64,000 nt of DNA from an uncultured Methylomirabilota bacterium (GCA_963705305.1 OY970067.1:135549-199548), one strand, 5' to 3'. Positions 28,928-37,637 are shown, numbered from the stretch's first letter. The notes: generated from the sequence alone by a model not told the origin. A program made the numbers and translations.

Positions 28928-29929
28928 TCACGGAGCGACCGCAAGCATGATCTTGCCGATGTGCGCGCTGCGCTCCATCAACCGGTGCGCCGCCGCCGCC
29001 TCTGCAAGCGGAAAGACCTGATGAATGACCGGGCCGCACCGCCCGGCTCCCAGCACCGGCCACACCGCCTCGAGGAGCGCCTGGGCGATCCGGCCTTTCT
29101 CCGCGGTGGTGCGCGGGCGCATGGTGGAGCCGGTGAGGATGGCGCGGCGCCGCATCACCGCCGTCAGGTCGAAGTCCTCCACTTTCGCGCCGTGCATCGT
29201 GCCGACCTGGATCAGCCGTCCGTCCATGGCGAGACACGCCAGATTCCGCATCGTGTAGGGGGCGCCGACGATGTCCAGCACAACATTCACCCCCTGGCCG
29301 GCGGTGAGTTCCCGGATCCGCTCCACGAAATCGGTCTCGCGGTAGTTGATCGCCGCCGCCCCCAGCCTCTGACACGCCTCGCACTTGTCCCGGCTGCCTG
29401 CGGTGGCGTAGCTGCGGGCGCCGAATTCGCGCGCCAGCTGGATAGCGGTGACCCCGATCCCGCTGGTGCCGCCGTGCACCAGCACGGACTCCCCTCGGGC
29501 GAGGCGCCCCATCTGGAACAGGTTGGCCCAGACGGTGAAGTATGTCTCCGGCAGCGCCGCCGCCTGGACGGGAGTGTAGCCGGCTGGCCAGGGCAGGCAC
29601 TGCGGCGCCGGAACCGGGCAATACTCGGCGTACCCGCCCCCATTGGTCAGGGCGCAGACCCGGTCACCCGGCTTGAGCCCTGTCACCGCCTCGCCCGCGG
29701 CCGCCACCTCCCCCGCCACCTCCAGCCCGAGGATCGGGCTGGCGGTGGGCGGCGGCGGGTAAACCCCCTGGCGCTGCAGCACGTCGGGGCGATTCACCCC
29801 GGCCGCCTGCACGCGGATCAGGACCTCATCCGGCCTCGGCCGGGGTACGGGGGCCGTGGTCAGGCGCAGGACATCCGGCCCACCCGCCCCGACAGCTTCC
29901 ATGTGGTGCATCTGCTCCGGAAGCGTCAT
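28928..29929 (-). CDS. NAD(P)H:quinone oxidoreductase (MDR/zeta-crystallin family)
   Basis: VQAAGVNRPDVLQRQGVYPPPP, GLEVAGEV and the Rossmann motif VHGGTSGIGVTAIQLA. Confidence 0.85.
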   Translation of the reverse strand: MTLPEQMHHMEAVGAGGPDVLRLTTAPVPRPRPDEVLIRVQAAGVNRPDVLQRQGVYPPPPTASPILGLEVAGEVAAAGEAVTGLKPGDRVCALTNGGGYAEYCPVPAPQCLPWPAGYTPVQAAALPETYFTVWANLFQMGRLARGESVLVHGGTSGIGVTAIQLAREFGARSYATAGSRDKCEACQRLGAAAINYRETDFVERIRELTAGQGVNVVLDIVGAPYTMRNLACLAMDGRLIQVGTMHGAKVEDFDLTAVMRRRAILTGSTMRPRTTAEKGRIAQALLEAVWPVLGAGRCGPVIHQVFPLAEAAAAHRLMERSAHIGKIMLAVAP

Positions 29930-29998
29930 CACCTTCCCTCCCCTCGCGACCGGCATATCGGGCGCCCACGGAACGCCGGAGACCGCCGCCGGCGTCGC

Positions 29999-31162
29999 TC
30001 AGGCGCTGCGGTACAGCTTGGTCAGCACGAACTCCCGATGCCCCAGCGCCTCGGCGGCGGTGAACCGCCCGTTGCAGGTGCGGAACATCGTCTCCAGCAG
30101 CTTGTCGCCGGCCTGGTCGAAGGTCAACTGCCGCTGCAGCAGCCCCGAGACATCCACGTCGATGTGCTCGGACATGGTGCGGACGGTGCGGGGGTTGGCC
30201 GACAGCTTGATGACCGGCAGGATGGGGTTCCCGATGACGTTCCCCTGCCCGGTGGGGAAGAAGTGCACCACGAATCCGGCCGCCGCCGCCAGCGTGACCA
30301 TCTCGGCCGCCGCGGACGAGGAATCCATGAACCAGAGCCCCTTCCCCGCAGGCGCCTGGGCCGGCTCGAGGCAGCCGACGATCTTGCCCCTCTTCCCGAT
30401 CTTCTGGATGTTCCCGAAGGCTTTCTCCTCGATGGTGGTCAGTCCCCCGATGATATTCCCCTTGGTCGGCTGGGAATCGGACAGGTCGTCGGTCTTGTTC
30501 GCCACGATGAAGTCGTTGTAGTCGCTCCACATCTTCATAAACTGGGCCGCCACCTGCGGGGTCGCGCACCGGTCGCGGACCACGGTCTCCCCGCCGGTGA
30601 TCTCCAACGTCTCGCCGAAGAGGAGGGTGCAGCCCATGGCCTCCAGCTTGTCGAAGGCGTTGCCCACGGTCGGGTTGGAGCCGATCCCCGAGGTGGTGTC
30701 GGACTCCCCGCACTTGCACGAGACCCAGAGCTCGTCCGCCCGGCACTCTACCTTCTGCTGCTCGGTGGCCCGCTGGACGAAGTCCTTGGCCGCGCGCCCG
30801 GCGCTGGCCACCGTCTTGAGATCGCCGTTCAGCTCGATGCTGAAGCCCTCCACCGGCTTGCCGGTCTTGGCGATGCCGTCCACGACGCGCTGCGTCCAGC
30901 CCGGCTCGATGCCGATGACCACCGCGGCGGCCACATTGGGACTTGCCCCCGTGCCGATGAGCGTGCGGAAGTGCAGCTCCAGATCGGCCCCGAACTGGAG
31001 CCGGCCGTACGGATGCGGCAGGGCCAGAGTGCCCTTGATGTTGTTCTCGACCGCCTGGCAGGCGGCGTTGGACAGGTCATCGACCGGCAGAATGGCGACG
31101 TGGCTGCGAATGCCCACGCGGCCATTCTCGCGGCGGTAGCCCATGAATGTTCGGGTTGTCAT
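29999..31162 (-). CDS. UxaA-family dehydratase/lyase large subunit (altronate dehydratase C-terminal homologue; SuyB-like size)
   Basis: [26 protein letters not shown].., [47 protein letters not shown]. Confidence 0.85.
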   Translation of the reverse strand: MTTRTFMGYRRENGRVGIRSHVAILPVDDLSNAACQAVENNIKGTLALPHPYGRLQFGADLELHFRTLIGTGASPNVAAAVVIGIEPGWTQRVVDGIAKTGKPVEGFSIELNGDLKTVASAGRAAKDFVQRATEQQKVECRADELWVSCKCGESDTTSGIGSNPTVGNAFDKLEAMGCTLLFGETLEITGGETVVRDRCATPQVAAQFMKMWSDYNDFIVANKTDDLSDSQPTKGNIIGGLTTIEEKAFGNIQKIGKRGKIVGCLEPAQAPAGKGLWFMDSSSAAAEMVTLAAAAGFVVHFFPTGQGNVIGNPILPVIKLSANPRTVRTMSEHIDVDVSGLLQRQLTFDQAGDKLLETMFRTCNGRFTAAEALGHREFVLTKLYRSA

Positions 31163-31165
31163 CTC

Positions 31166-31447
31166 TCACCACCTCTTCGTTTTGATGTTGTGGACGTGCG
31201 CGCGGTCGCCGGGCTGCATGCCCGCCACCGCGCGGCCGATGTCGTGGCCGTACTTGATCACCGTGTCCCCGCTGGCGATGGTGCGGAGGGCCAGCTTGTG
31301 CCCGATGGGGATGTCGCTTCGCGCCTTGATCGTGAGGGTCTTGTCCTGGGTCATGATCCAGCCGTTCAGATCCTGACCGGCCTTCACCCCCTCGACGACC
31401 ACGACGCCCACAGAGTCCGTTTCGTCGTGCACCACGAAGTGAATCAT
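31166..31447 (-). CDS. UxaA-family small subunit (SAF domain; SuyA-like size)
   Basis: 93 aa, with DIPIGHKLALRTIASGDTVIKYGHDIGRA. It ends 3 nt before the large-subunit start. Confidence 0.8.
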   Translation of the reverse strand: MIHFVVHDETDSVGVVVVEGVKAGQDLNGWIMTQDKTLTIKARSDIPIGHKLALRTIASGDTVIKYGHDIGRAVAGMQPGDRAHVHNIKTKRW

Positions 31448-31519
31448 CGTACCTTCCTCCTCGCGTCAGGTGGTGTTTCATGCGGCCGCGGCCGCTTCGG
31501 ACGGGGCCGCGCCGGGGTC

Positions 31520-31549
31520 ACTATAGGCCTATCCCCGCGTCCGAATCAA
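31520..31549 (-). promoter_or_regulatory. Sigma-70-type promoter for the UxaA-like genes
   Basis: The minus strand reads TTGATT-18 nt-TATAGT, about 70 nt upstream of ATG 31447. Confidence 0.45.
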
Positions 31550-31619
31550 CCGGAGACAGTTCGCGGGATCTTGCCTCGAACATAGCGCATCAGGGGCGCA
31601 CGATGCGGACCGTTTCCGC

Positions 31620-32957
31620 CTACGGACTCCCTGCACCCGCCGGCGCGGTCCCTTCCCGATCCATCTCCTCCAGTTTCAAGTCGCGCGTCTCCCGGATGAA
31701 GAGCAGCGCCAGCATGGCTACCGCGCAGTACACGGCGTAGACGAGGGGCATATAATACCACTTGTGGAGCACGTCTTGCCCGATCACCCCCGCCAGCAGC
31801 GAGGGGGCGACCATTCCCCCCATGATGGCCGAGAGACTGTACGAGATGCCGGCGCCGGAGTACCGGAACTTTGTCGGGAAGCTCTCCGAGGTCAGGATCG
31901 GGGCCAGTCCGTGCATCAGCCCGATCCCGAAGAAGGTGACGAGAAACTGCAAGCCCATGACGAGCAGGATTCGCTTCCCCAGGATGGCCAGGACGTACGG
32001 ATACGAGAGCAGGGTGGTGAACGCGATCGCCAGGTACGCCACCTGCCGTCGCTTGAAGAGGTCGGAGAGCGGGCCGCTCAGGACCACCCCCAGGATGTCT
32101 CCGATCCGGGCGAGCAGGATGATGGTGGCGATCACGCCCAGCGGGATGCCGGCAAAGCGCATGAAGGAGATGACATACGTGCCGCTCACGTACCCGTCCA
32201 TCTGCTGGAAGGCCGACACCAGGGCGAGGAGGATGATGGGGCCGGCGTGCTCCTTAAACACCGTGAAGCTCGGCATCCGGGCCAGCTGCTCTCGCTGCTT
32301 GAGCCGCTCGAACAGGGGGCTGTCGGCGAGCTTGTAGCGTGCCAGGAGGGCGGGGATCACGATCACGGCGGACAGCAACATGGCAACCCGCCAGCCGGTC
32401 GTCGTGAAGCTCCCGCTCAACAGCAGCATCGCCCCGCTGGCCGCCATGGCCCCCAGCGGGATGCCGAGGTTCGCCAGGGACATCCAGAAGGCGCGGGAGC
32501 GCCGTTTCGACCCGAATTCGGCGAGCAAGGCCGATGCCCCCCCGAACTCGCCGCCGAGGCCGATGCCCTGGACGATGCGCAGGAGCACGAGGAGAACCGG
32601 CGCTGCGACTCCCAGGGTGGCATACCCGGGCAGCAGGCCTGTCAGGCATGTGGCCGCCCCCACGATCAAGATGTTTATCATGAACGAGTACCTTCGGCCC
32701 ACCCGATCCCCGAAGTGGCCGAAGATGAACGCCCCCAAGAGCCGGGCAGGGAACCCGGCCCCGAACGCCAGGTAGGAGAACACCAGGGCCTGGGTCGGGG
32801 GCAGCTTGGGGAAGAAGAGCGTTGGGAAGGCGCTGGCCGCAGCGTATCCGTAGATGAAGAAATCGTAAAACTCGAGGAGCACCCCCGCCGTGGCGGAGAA
32901 GGCGAGGAGAATCAGAACGCGAAGCCCAACCACCTGGTCCCCCCGTTCCGCTTCCAT
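31620..32957 (-). CDS. MFS transporter (metabolite:H+ symporter type)
   Basis: LEFYDFFIYGYAA, FGHFGDRVGRR (the MFS loop 2-3 motif), 12 TM-like segments. Confidence 0.85.
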   Translation of the reverse strand: MEAERGDQVVGLRVLILLAFSATAGVLLEFYDFFIYGYAAASAFPTLFFPKLPPTQALVFSYLAFGAGFPARLLGAFIFGHFGDRVGRRYSFMINILIVGAATCLTGLLPGYATLGVAAPVLLVLLRIVQGIGLGGEFGGASALLAEFGSKRRSRAFWMSLANLGIPLGAMAASGAMLLLSGSFTTTGWRVAMLLSAVIVIPALLARYKLADSPLFERLKQREQLARMPSFTVFKEHAGPIILLALVSAFQQMDGYVSGTYVISFMRFAGIPLGVIATIILLARIGDILGVVLSGPLSDLFKRRQVAYLAIAFTTLLSYPYVLAILGKRILLVMGLQFLVTFFGIGLMHGLAPILTSESFPTKFRYSGAGISYSLSAIMGGMVAPSLLAGVIGQDVLHKWYYMPLVYAVYCAVAMLALLFIRETRDLKLEEMDREGTAPAGAGSP

Positions 32958-33116
32958 TCCCTTTCTCCTTATGGACAGCCCCGTTCGGGCCAATGTGCAG
33001 CGCCCCTTCAACCCTTCAGGAGTCTCTGGTGTTCCCGCGGTGCGCGGGAGGACAGACGTGCGCGAGGACTGCCGCCCAGAGTAGGAGCAGACCGGCCTAC
33101 ACTGAGGTGGCCGAGG

Positions 33117-33494
33117 CTAGGCAGGATCGGCCGGGTGTCCGCTTGAGGTTGTCCCGGTCATGGATAGCTGTCTTCGGGCCAGGATGGGCCCGGAGCGGAG
33201 GCGGGCTCCCGGGTGATTGCTTTGGAAGGCAGGGAGATGAATTCGCTCGAGCCCGTTGGACGCAGCCGGCGGATCCTGGAGGCGCAAGTCTGGGAGGGGA
33301 AGGGCGGCAGCGCAGAGCCGGTCCGTTTCCAGCGTGACACCAACGGAGGCTATGACGTTGGACTCCAATTGCCGCGGAAAATCCGAGCCGTCCAGGTCGA
33401 GGACATCAAAGGCCAGATAAACGCAGAGCAGTGCGAAAGCGAGGACCCACGCCGATCGCCAGATCGACCGCCGCCGCACCATGGACTCCCTCAT
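33117..33494 (-). CDS. Small single-pass membrane protein of unknown function, paralog A (motif YLAFDVLDLDGSD)
   Basis: ORF 33117..33620 trimmed to MRESMVRRRSIWRSAWVLAFALLCVYLAFDVLDLDGSDFPRQLESNV. It shares the Arg-rich / TM / YLAFDVLxLDGS architecture with 34370..34759. Differences within the shared motif are mostly synonymous. Confidence 0.55.
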   Translation of the reverse strand: MRESMVRRRSIWRSAWVLAFALLCVYLAFDVLDLDGSDFPRQLESNVIASVGVTLETDRLCAAALPLPDLRLQDPPAASNGLERIHLPAFQSNHPGARLRSGPILARRQLSMTGTTSSGHPADPA

Positions 33495-33576
33495 GTGTCC
33501 GGCGAAGAACGAAGAGGTGAAACAAGCCCGGGCGAGAATGCCACAATCCGATGCAGGGGTCAAGCTCCTCCCCTGA

Positions 33577-33999
33577 TGCGCCGTGGTGCAGGCTGCGGAG
33601 GAGAGGGGGGTCTGGGCCATCGCCTACCACTCCGACATGTCCAAGTATGCCCCGAAGCATCAGCTGACGGCCACCACCCACCTGTGGGGGGACCTGTATA
33701 TCAAGAACGCCAAAGAGGTCCTGGCCGGCACCTGGAAGCCGACCAGCATCTGGGGCGGGATCAAGGCCGGGATGATCAAGCTGGCCCCGCTCAATCCCGC
33801 CGTGCCCGCCGCCGTCAGGGATCAGGTGGCCAAGATCGAGAAGGAGATCGTGGCCGGCGCGTTCCATCCCTACGCCGGACCGGTGAAGGACCAGGACGGC
33901 AGCATTCGCGTGCCCGCGGGCAAGACCATGTCCGACGACGGCATGCAGAAGATGGACTTCTACGTGGAGGGAATCCAGGGCAAGCTCCCCAAGCCGTAA
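33577..33999 (+). pseudogene. 5'-truncated remnant of a BMP-family (PnrA-like) ABC substrate-binding protein gene
   Basis: Only the C-terminal ~140 aa are present: AVVQAAEERGVWAIAYHSDMSKYAPKHQLTATTHLWGDLYIKNAKEVLAGTWKPTSIWGGIKAGMIKLAPL..FYVEGIQGKLPKP. An in-frame TGA sits at 33574-33576. There is no signal peptide, no N-terminal domain, and no partner ABC genes nearby. Confidence 0.75.
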
Positions 34000-34006
34000 C
34001 GCTCCC

Positions 34007-34205
34007 TACCCGCTACACAAAGGTGTTGAAGATTCGTTTGTCAATAGGCGCGATTCCCCCGTGGTTACAGCGCATTCCGTCCTTTTCGGATTGGGCTGGC
34101 ATCGAGGAAGATTTCCTCCCCGACAAGGCGTTCCGATTCGGTCAACCAATTCATGCTGTTACTAGCGAAACGCCGACCGTTATCAACACCTTTGTGTAAC
34201 GGCTA
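34007..34205. mobile_element. MITE-like non-autonomous element (199 bp) with 23-bp terminal inverted repeats and an 11-bp flanking direct repeat
   Basis: Left end TACCCGCTACACAAAGGTGTTGA (34007-34029). The reverse complement of the right end (34183-34205) is TAGCCGTTACACAAAGGTGTTGA, giving 21/23 identity. GTAACGCTCCC abuts both ends (33996-34006 and 34206-34216). The interior is AT-richer than its surroundings and has no ORF. Confidence 0.7.
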
Positions 34206-34302
34206 GTAACGCTCCCGGCCCTCCCGCCCGCCCATCCTTGACGCTTCCTTGAGACCGCCGCCAGAATTCTTTCCGGGGACGGCCGGGGCGGCCATCCAGA
34301 TA

Positions 34303-34331
34303 TTGCAAGCGCCCCTTCCCTGAACTATATT
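34303..34331 (+). promoter_or_regulatory. Sigma-70-type promoter for paralog B, embedded in a 9-bp direct repeat ATATTGCAA
   Basis: TTGCAA(34303-34308)-17 nt-TATATT(34326-34331). ATATTGCAA occurs at 34300-34308 and again at 34327-34335. Confidence 0.45.
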
Positions 34332-34369
34332 GCAATCAGGAGTCTGTGTCCGCGCATCGGGGTCGTGAG

Positions 34370-34759
34370 ATGGTTGGATGCTCTCGGGGACGATCCAGGG
34401 CCTGGTGGGGGCTGTTCCTCTGCGCCTCGCTGGCGATAGGATGCTATCTTGCCTTCGACGTGCTAGGCCTGGACGGATCCAACCTGCACCGCCTGCTGAA
34501 CAACGTCGCGCTGGCGCCGATGGCGGCGGAGCCCGATGTGCGACACATTCTCCCTCGGCCGCCGACGCTCCCGGATCCGCCGGACATCCCCCGGGCCCCC
34601 TTCTTCCACGAGATGTTCTTCGCATCGCTCCGGATCGCTCCCGGTGCCGTCCCCGTGATCGCTTCCTCCCGCTTTGAGGGCTCCCGTCCCCGCGCGCAGC
34701 TGGGACGGGAGTATTCCGCCTCGGACTCCTCCGCCTCCCCCGCCGACTCCCTGGCCTAG
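34370..34759 (+). CDS. Small single-pass membrane protein of unknown function, paralog B (motif YLAFDVLGLDGSN)
   Basis: MVGCSRGRSRAWWGLFLCASLAIGCYLAFDVLGLDGSNLHRLLNNV.. (alternative GTG start at 34346). Paralogous to 33117..33494. Confidence 0.55.
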   Translation: MVGCSRGRSRAWWGLFLCASLAIGCYLAFDVLGLDGSNLHRLLNNVALAPMAAEPDVRHILPRPPTLPDPPDIPRAPFFHEMFFASLRIAPGAVPVIASSRFEGSRPRAQLGREYSASDSSASPADSLA

Positions 34760-34855
34760 GGCCCGGGCCGGCCGGTTCGGCCGGGCCATTTCGCGTTCCC
34801 CAGCGCTCCGTCGAACTCGTGGATCCTGCGCGCGAAAGGTCCTGGGAGGTGCACC

Positions 34856-35404
34856 ATGGCAGTGATTCTGATTGCGGAAGGTAATGCAGCGGTGGCTCGA
34901 AAAATGGCCCGAACATTCCGCCGCATCGGCCACATCCCGGTCGTCGCCCAGAACGCCTGGACGGTCCTGGAGGAGGCGCTCGACATCCCCGATATCCATC
35001 TCATCTTGATCGACCAGTGGCTGCCGGATCTTCCCGGCACGGAGGTCGTGGACCGGCTTCGAAGCCAGCCGGAGACCGCGCACATCCCAGTGGTGCTCTT
35101 CGCGGGGCATCCCGAGGCGGCGACTCGGCATCCGATCCCGATCCCTCCTCATTGTCCGCCGCCTCGCTGGATCCTTGTCCAGAGGCTCATCGAGACCGGT
35201 TCGGAGCGGCTGGCCTTCCACGTATATCAGCGCCTGTGTGCGGACCGATCGCAGGCCTCATGTGCGACCGCACGGGATGTTCCAACTTGGGCTGAAATCG
35301 CGCGGTGGGCAAGAGCAGAGGGGGTGATCAGCGAAGAGCAGGCCGGACTGATCGCCCCCGCCGCCTCCGCCAGGGGGGGTCATGAGCCTTCGAGTGTCGC
35401 TTGA
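34856..35404 (+). CDS. Atypical receiver-domain protein (degenerate acidic pocket) with unknown C-terminal domain
   Basis: VILIAEGN replaces the usual DD pair. The phospho-acceptor context HLILIDQWLPDLPG is retained. The conserved T/S and K-P positions are not evident. Confidence 0.6.
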   Translation: MAVILIAEGNAAVARKMARTFRRIGHIPVVAQNAWTVLEEALDIPDIHLILIDQWLPDLPGTEVVDRLRSQPETAHIPVVLFAGHPEAATRHPIPIPPHCPPPRWILVQRLIETGSERLAFHVYQRLCADRSQASCATARDVPTWAEIARWARAEGVISEEQAGLIAPAASARGGHEPSSVA

Positions 35405-35718
35405 CACCAATCCCACCCCTTGATAGCCTCCCGCCGATTCGAGTACTTGCCCGGAGAATGCTGCCGTGCCCTCGAAATCCAGCTGTCGGGGAAATGCCAT
35501 GGTGCCTGCCCGGGTTTCAGCGCTGTCTCCCATTTCTCGCCGGCACCCTCGAACGCCCGGCAGATCCCCCTACGCCCTTCCCGTATCCGCCGGCCCGGCC
35601 GTGCTCCGTATTCGTCCCCCCGCGCTCCCCGCGGCCCCCGACCGCGATCCCGGGACCGCTGGGCGCCGGGCCGGGTGAGGATCGTGAAACCGAACGCCGG
35701 ATGAGGCGAGGTGCTGTC

Positions 35719-36444
35719 ATGCCAGAAGTGCTGTGGGAACGGCTCAGGCGGATCGAGATCGGGCAGGCCGCGAAGGCGGGAGCGGCGGTGATCATTCCGA
35801 TCGCCTCCCTCGAGCAGCACGCCAATCACCTGCCGGTCAACACCGACTCCAGCATCGTATCCACCATCGCCCAGCGGGCCGCCCGGGCCATCGACGCATT
35901 CCCGGTGCTGGTCCTCCCCACCGTCTGGACGGGCTACTCCCCCCATCACATGGCCTACCCCGGGAGCGTCACGCTGAAGCACCACACTTTCGTCGACCTC
36001 CTCACGCAGGTGGCCGCCAGCGTCCACGCCCACGGCTTCAAGAAGATCCTCCTGTTGAACGGACACGGCGAGAACTCCCCCGTCGTGGCCGGCATGCGGA
36101 CGAAGCTCGAATACGAGGACGGGTTCTCCGTCGTGGGGCAGGACTACTGGACCATTCCCGGGATGCCTGAGGCCATGCGGACCCTGTGCCCGACTGACCG
36201 GGGATTCATCGGCCATGCGGGCGAGTTCGAGACCTCCGTGCAGATGCATCTCCAGCCCGAGCTGGTGGAGGCCGACAAGGCGGAGTGGGCACCGGGCGCC
36301 CTCGGCGACCCGTCCGCCGCCACCGCGGAGAAGGGCGAACGACTGATCGGGGCAGCCGTGGAGGCGCTGGCACAATTCCTCCGCGACTTTCACAGCGGAA
36401 AAATCGAGGAAGGGCTGCGCTGGCGCAAGGGGATCTCCGGGTAA
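35719..36444 (+). CDS. Creatininase-family amidohydrolase
   Basis: IIPIASLEQHANHLPVNTDS, LLLNGHGEN and GHAGEFETS, which are the metal-ligand motifs of the creatinine amidohydrolase family. Confidence 0.85.
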   Translation: MPEVLWERLRRIEIGQAAKAGAAVIIPIASLEQHANHLPVNTDSSIVSTIAQRAARAIDAFPVLVLPTVWTGYSPHHMAYPGSVTLKHHTFVDLLTQVAASVHAHGFKKILLLNGHGENSPVVAGMRTKLEYEDGFSVVGQDYWTIPGMPEAMRTLCPTDRGFIGHAGEFETSVQMHLQPELVEADKAEWAPGALGDPSAATAEKGERLIGAAVEALAQFLRDFHSGKIEEGLRWRKGISG

Positions 36445-36458
36445 AGAGGAACGGAGCA

Positions 36459-37637
36459 ATGAACTTCGATCTGGTCATCAGGGGCGGCGAGGTGGTGGAC
36501 CCCGGCAGCGGTCTGCTGGGACGGATGGACATTGGGATCCGCGACGGCCTGATCGCCGCGGTCGATCGGTCCCTGCCGGTCGAGGGGGCCGGCGCGACGC
36601 TGAACGCCGCCGGGCAGATCGTCACGCCGGGGCTTTTCGACCTACATACGCACGTCTACTGGGGGGCCACCTACTGGGGGATCGAGCCCGATCCGGTCGC
36701 CGCGCGCACGGGGGTCACCACCTGGCTCGACGCCGGCACGGCGGGCGGCTACGGCTTCCCCGGCTTCCGCCGCCACATCATCGAGGCCAGCCGGGCGCGC
36801 GTCTTCGCGCTCCTGAACGTCTCCTGCATCGGCCTCGTCGCCCCCACCTACGAACTGGCCAACCCGGACTACTGCGACCTCGGCCTTGGCCGGCGGATCG
36901 TGGAGGCCAACCGGGACGTCATCTTGGGCATCAAGGCCCGGATCGACGCCAACACGACCCGGGGCGTCGGGCTCGAGCCCATGCGGCAGGCGCGCCGGCT
37001 GGCCGACCAGGTCGAGCTGCCGTTGATGGTCCACATCGCCAAGCCGCCGCCCCTCCTGGAGGATATCCTCCCCCTGATGAAGCCGGGCGACATCCTGACC
37101 CACTGCTATACGGGACAGGCGAACCGGCTGCTGGAGCCCGGCGGGCGGCTGCGCGACTTCGTCCGCCGCGCCTGGGATGCGGGCGTGATCATGGATGTCG
37201 GGCACGGGACGGGGAGCTTCAGCTACGAGGTCGCCGAGCGGATGCTGGCGGCAGGGATGCCCCCGGATGTCATCAGCACCGACATCCACCAACTGAGCAT
37301 CCAGGGCCCCATGTTCGACATGCCGACCACGCTCTCGAAGTTCCTGAACCTCGGGATGAGCCTGCCGGACACCGTCGAGCGGGCCACGGCGCGGCCCGCC
37401 CGGGCCGCCCGTCGTCCGGACCTGGCCAGCCTCAAGCCGGGAGCGCCCGCCGACGTGGCTCTGTTCGCCCTGGAGCAGGGGGCCTACACGTTCCACGACG
37501 TCTTCATGACGGCTCGCCGCGGGACCCTGCGACTGGTGAACCGGGCCACCATCAGGGCCGGCACGCCCATGGCCCCGCGTCCGGAGCCGCCGCTCGCCCC
37601 CTGGGCCGAGCTGCCCGAGCCCCAGCGTCCGACCTGA
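36459..37637 (+). CDS. Amidohydrolase-superfamily metallohydrolase (deacetylase/dihydroorotase-like)
   Basis: DLVIRGGEVVDP.., GLFDLHTHVY (HxH), ILTHCY, VISTDIH. Confidence 0.85.
   Translation: MNFDLVIRGGEVVDPGSGLLGRMDIGIRDGLIAAVDRSLPVEGAGATLNAAGQIVTPGLFDLHTHVYWGATYWGIEPDPVAARTGVTTWLDAGTAGGYGFPGFRRHIIEASRARVFALLNVSCIGLVAPTYELANPDYCDLGLGRRIVEANRDVILGIKARIDANTTRGVGLEPMRQARRLADQVELPLMVHIAKPPPLLEDILPLMKPGDILTHCYTGQANRLLEPGGRLRDFVRRAWDAGVIMDVGHGTGSFSYEVAERMLAAGMPPDVISTDIHQLSIQGPMFDMPTTLSKFLNLGMSLPDTVERATARPARAARRPDLASLKPGAPADVALFALEQGAYTFHDVFMTARRGTLRLVNRATIRAGTPMAPRPEPPLAPWAELPEPQRPT

Noticed and set aside
28961-31585. Very long ORFs in the track (e.g. 28961..31585 + 874 aa, 42585..45038 + 817 aa, 44854..47775 + 973 aa, 52907..55882 - 991 aa, 14414..16699 - 761 aa, 8398..10071 + 557 aa).
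   Set aside because: They lie antisense to, or frame-shifted over, genes with clear family motifs. They are dominated by Arg/Pro/Gly/His/Asp runs and show no recognisable domains. This is the expected open-frame artefact of GC-rich DNA.
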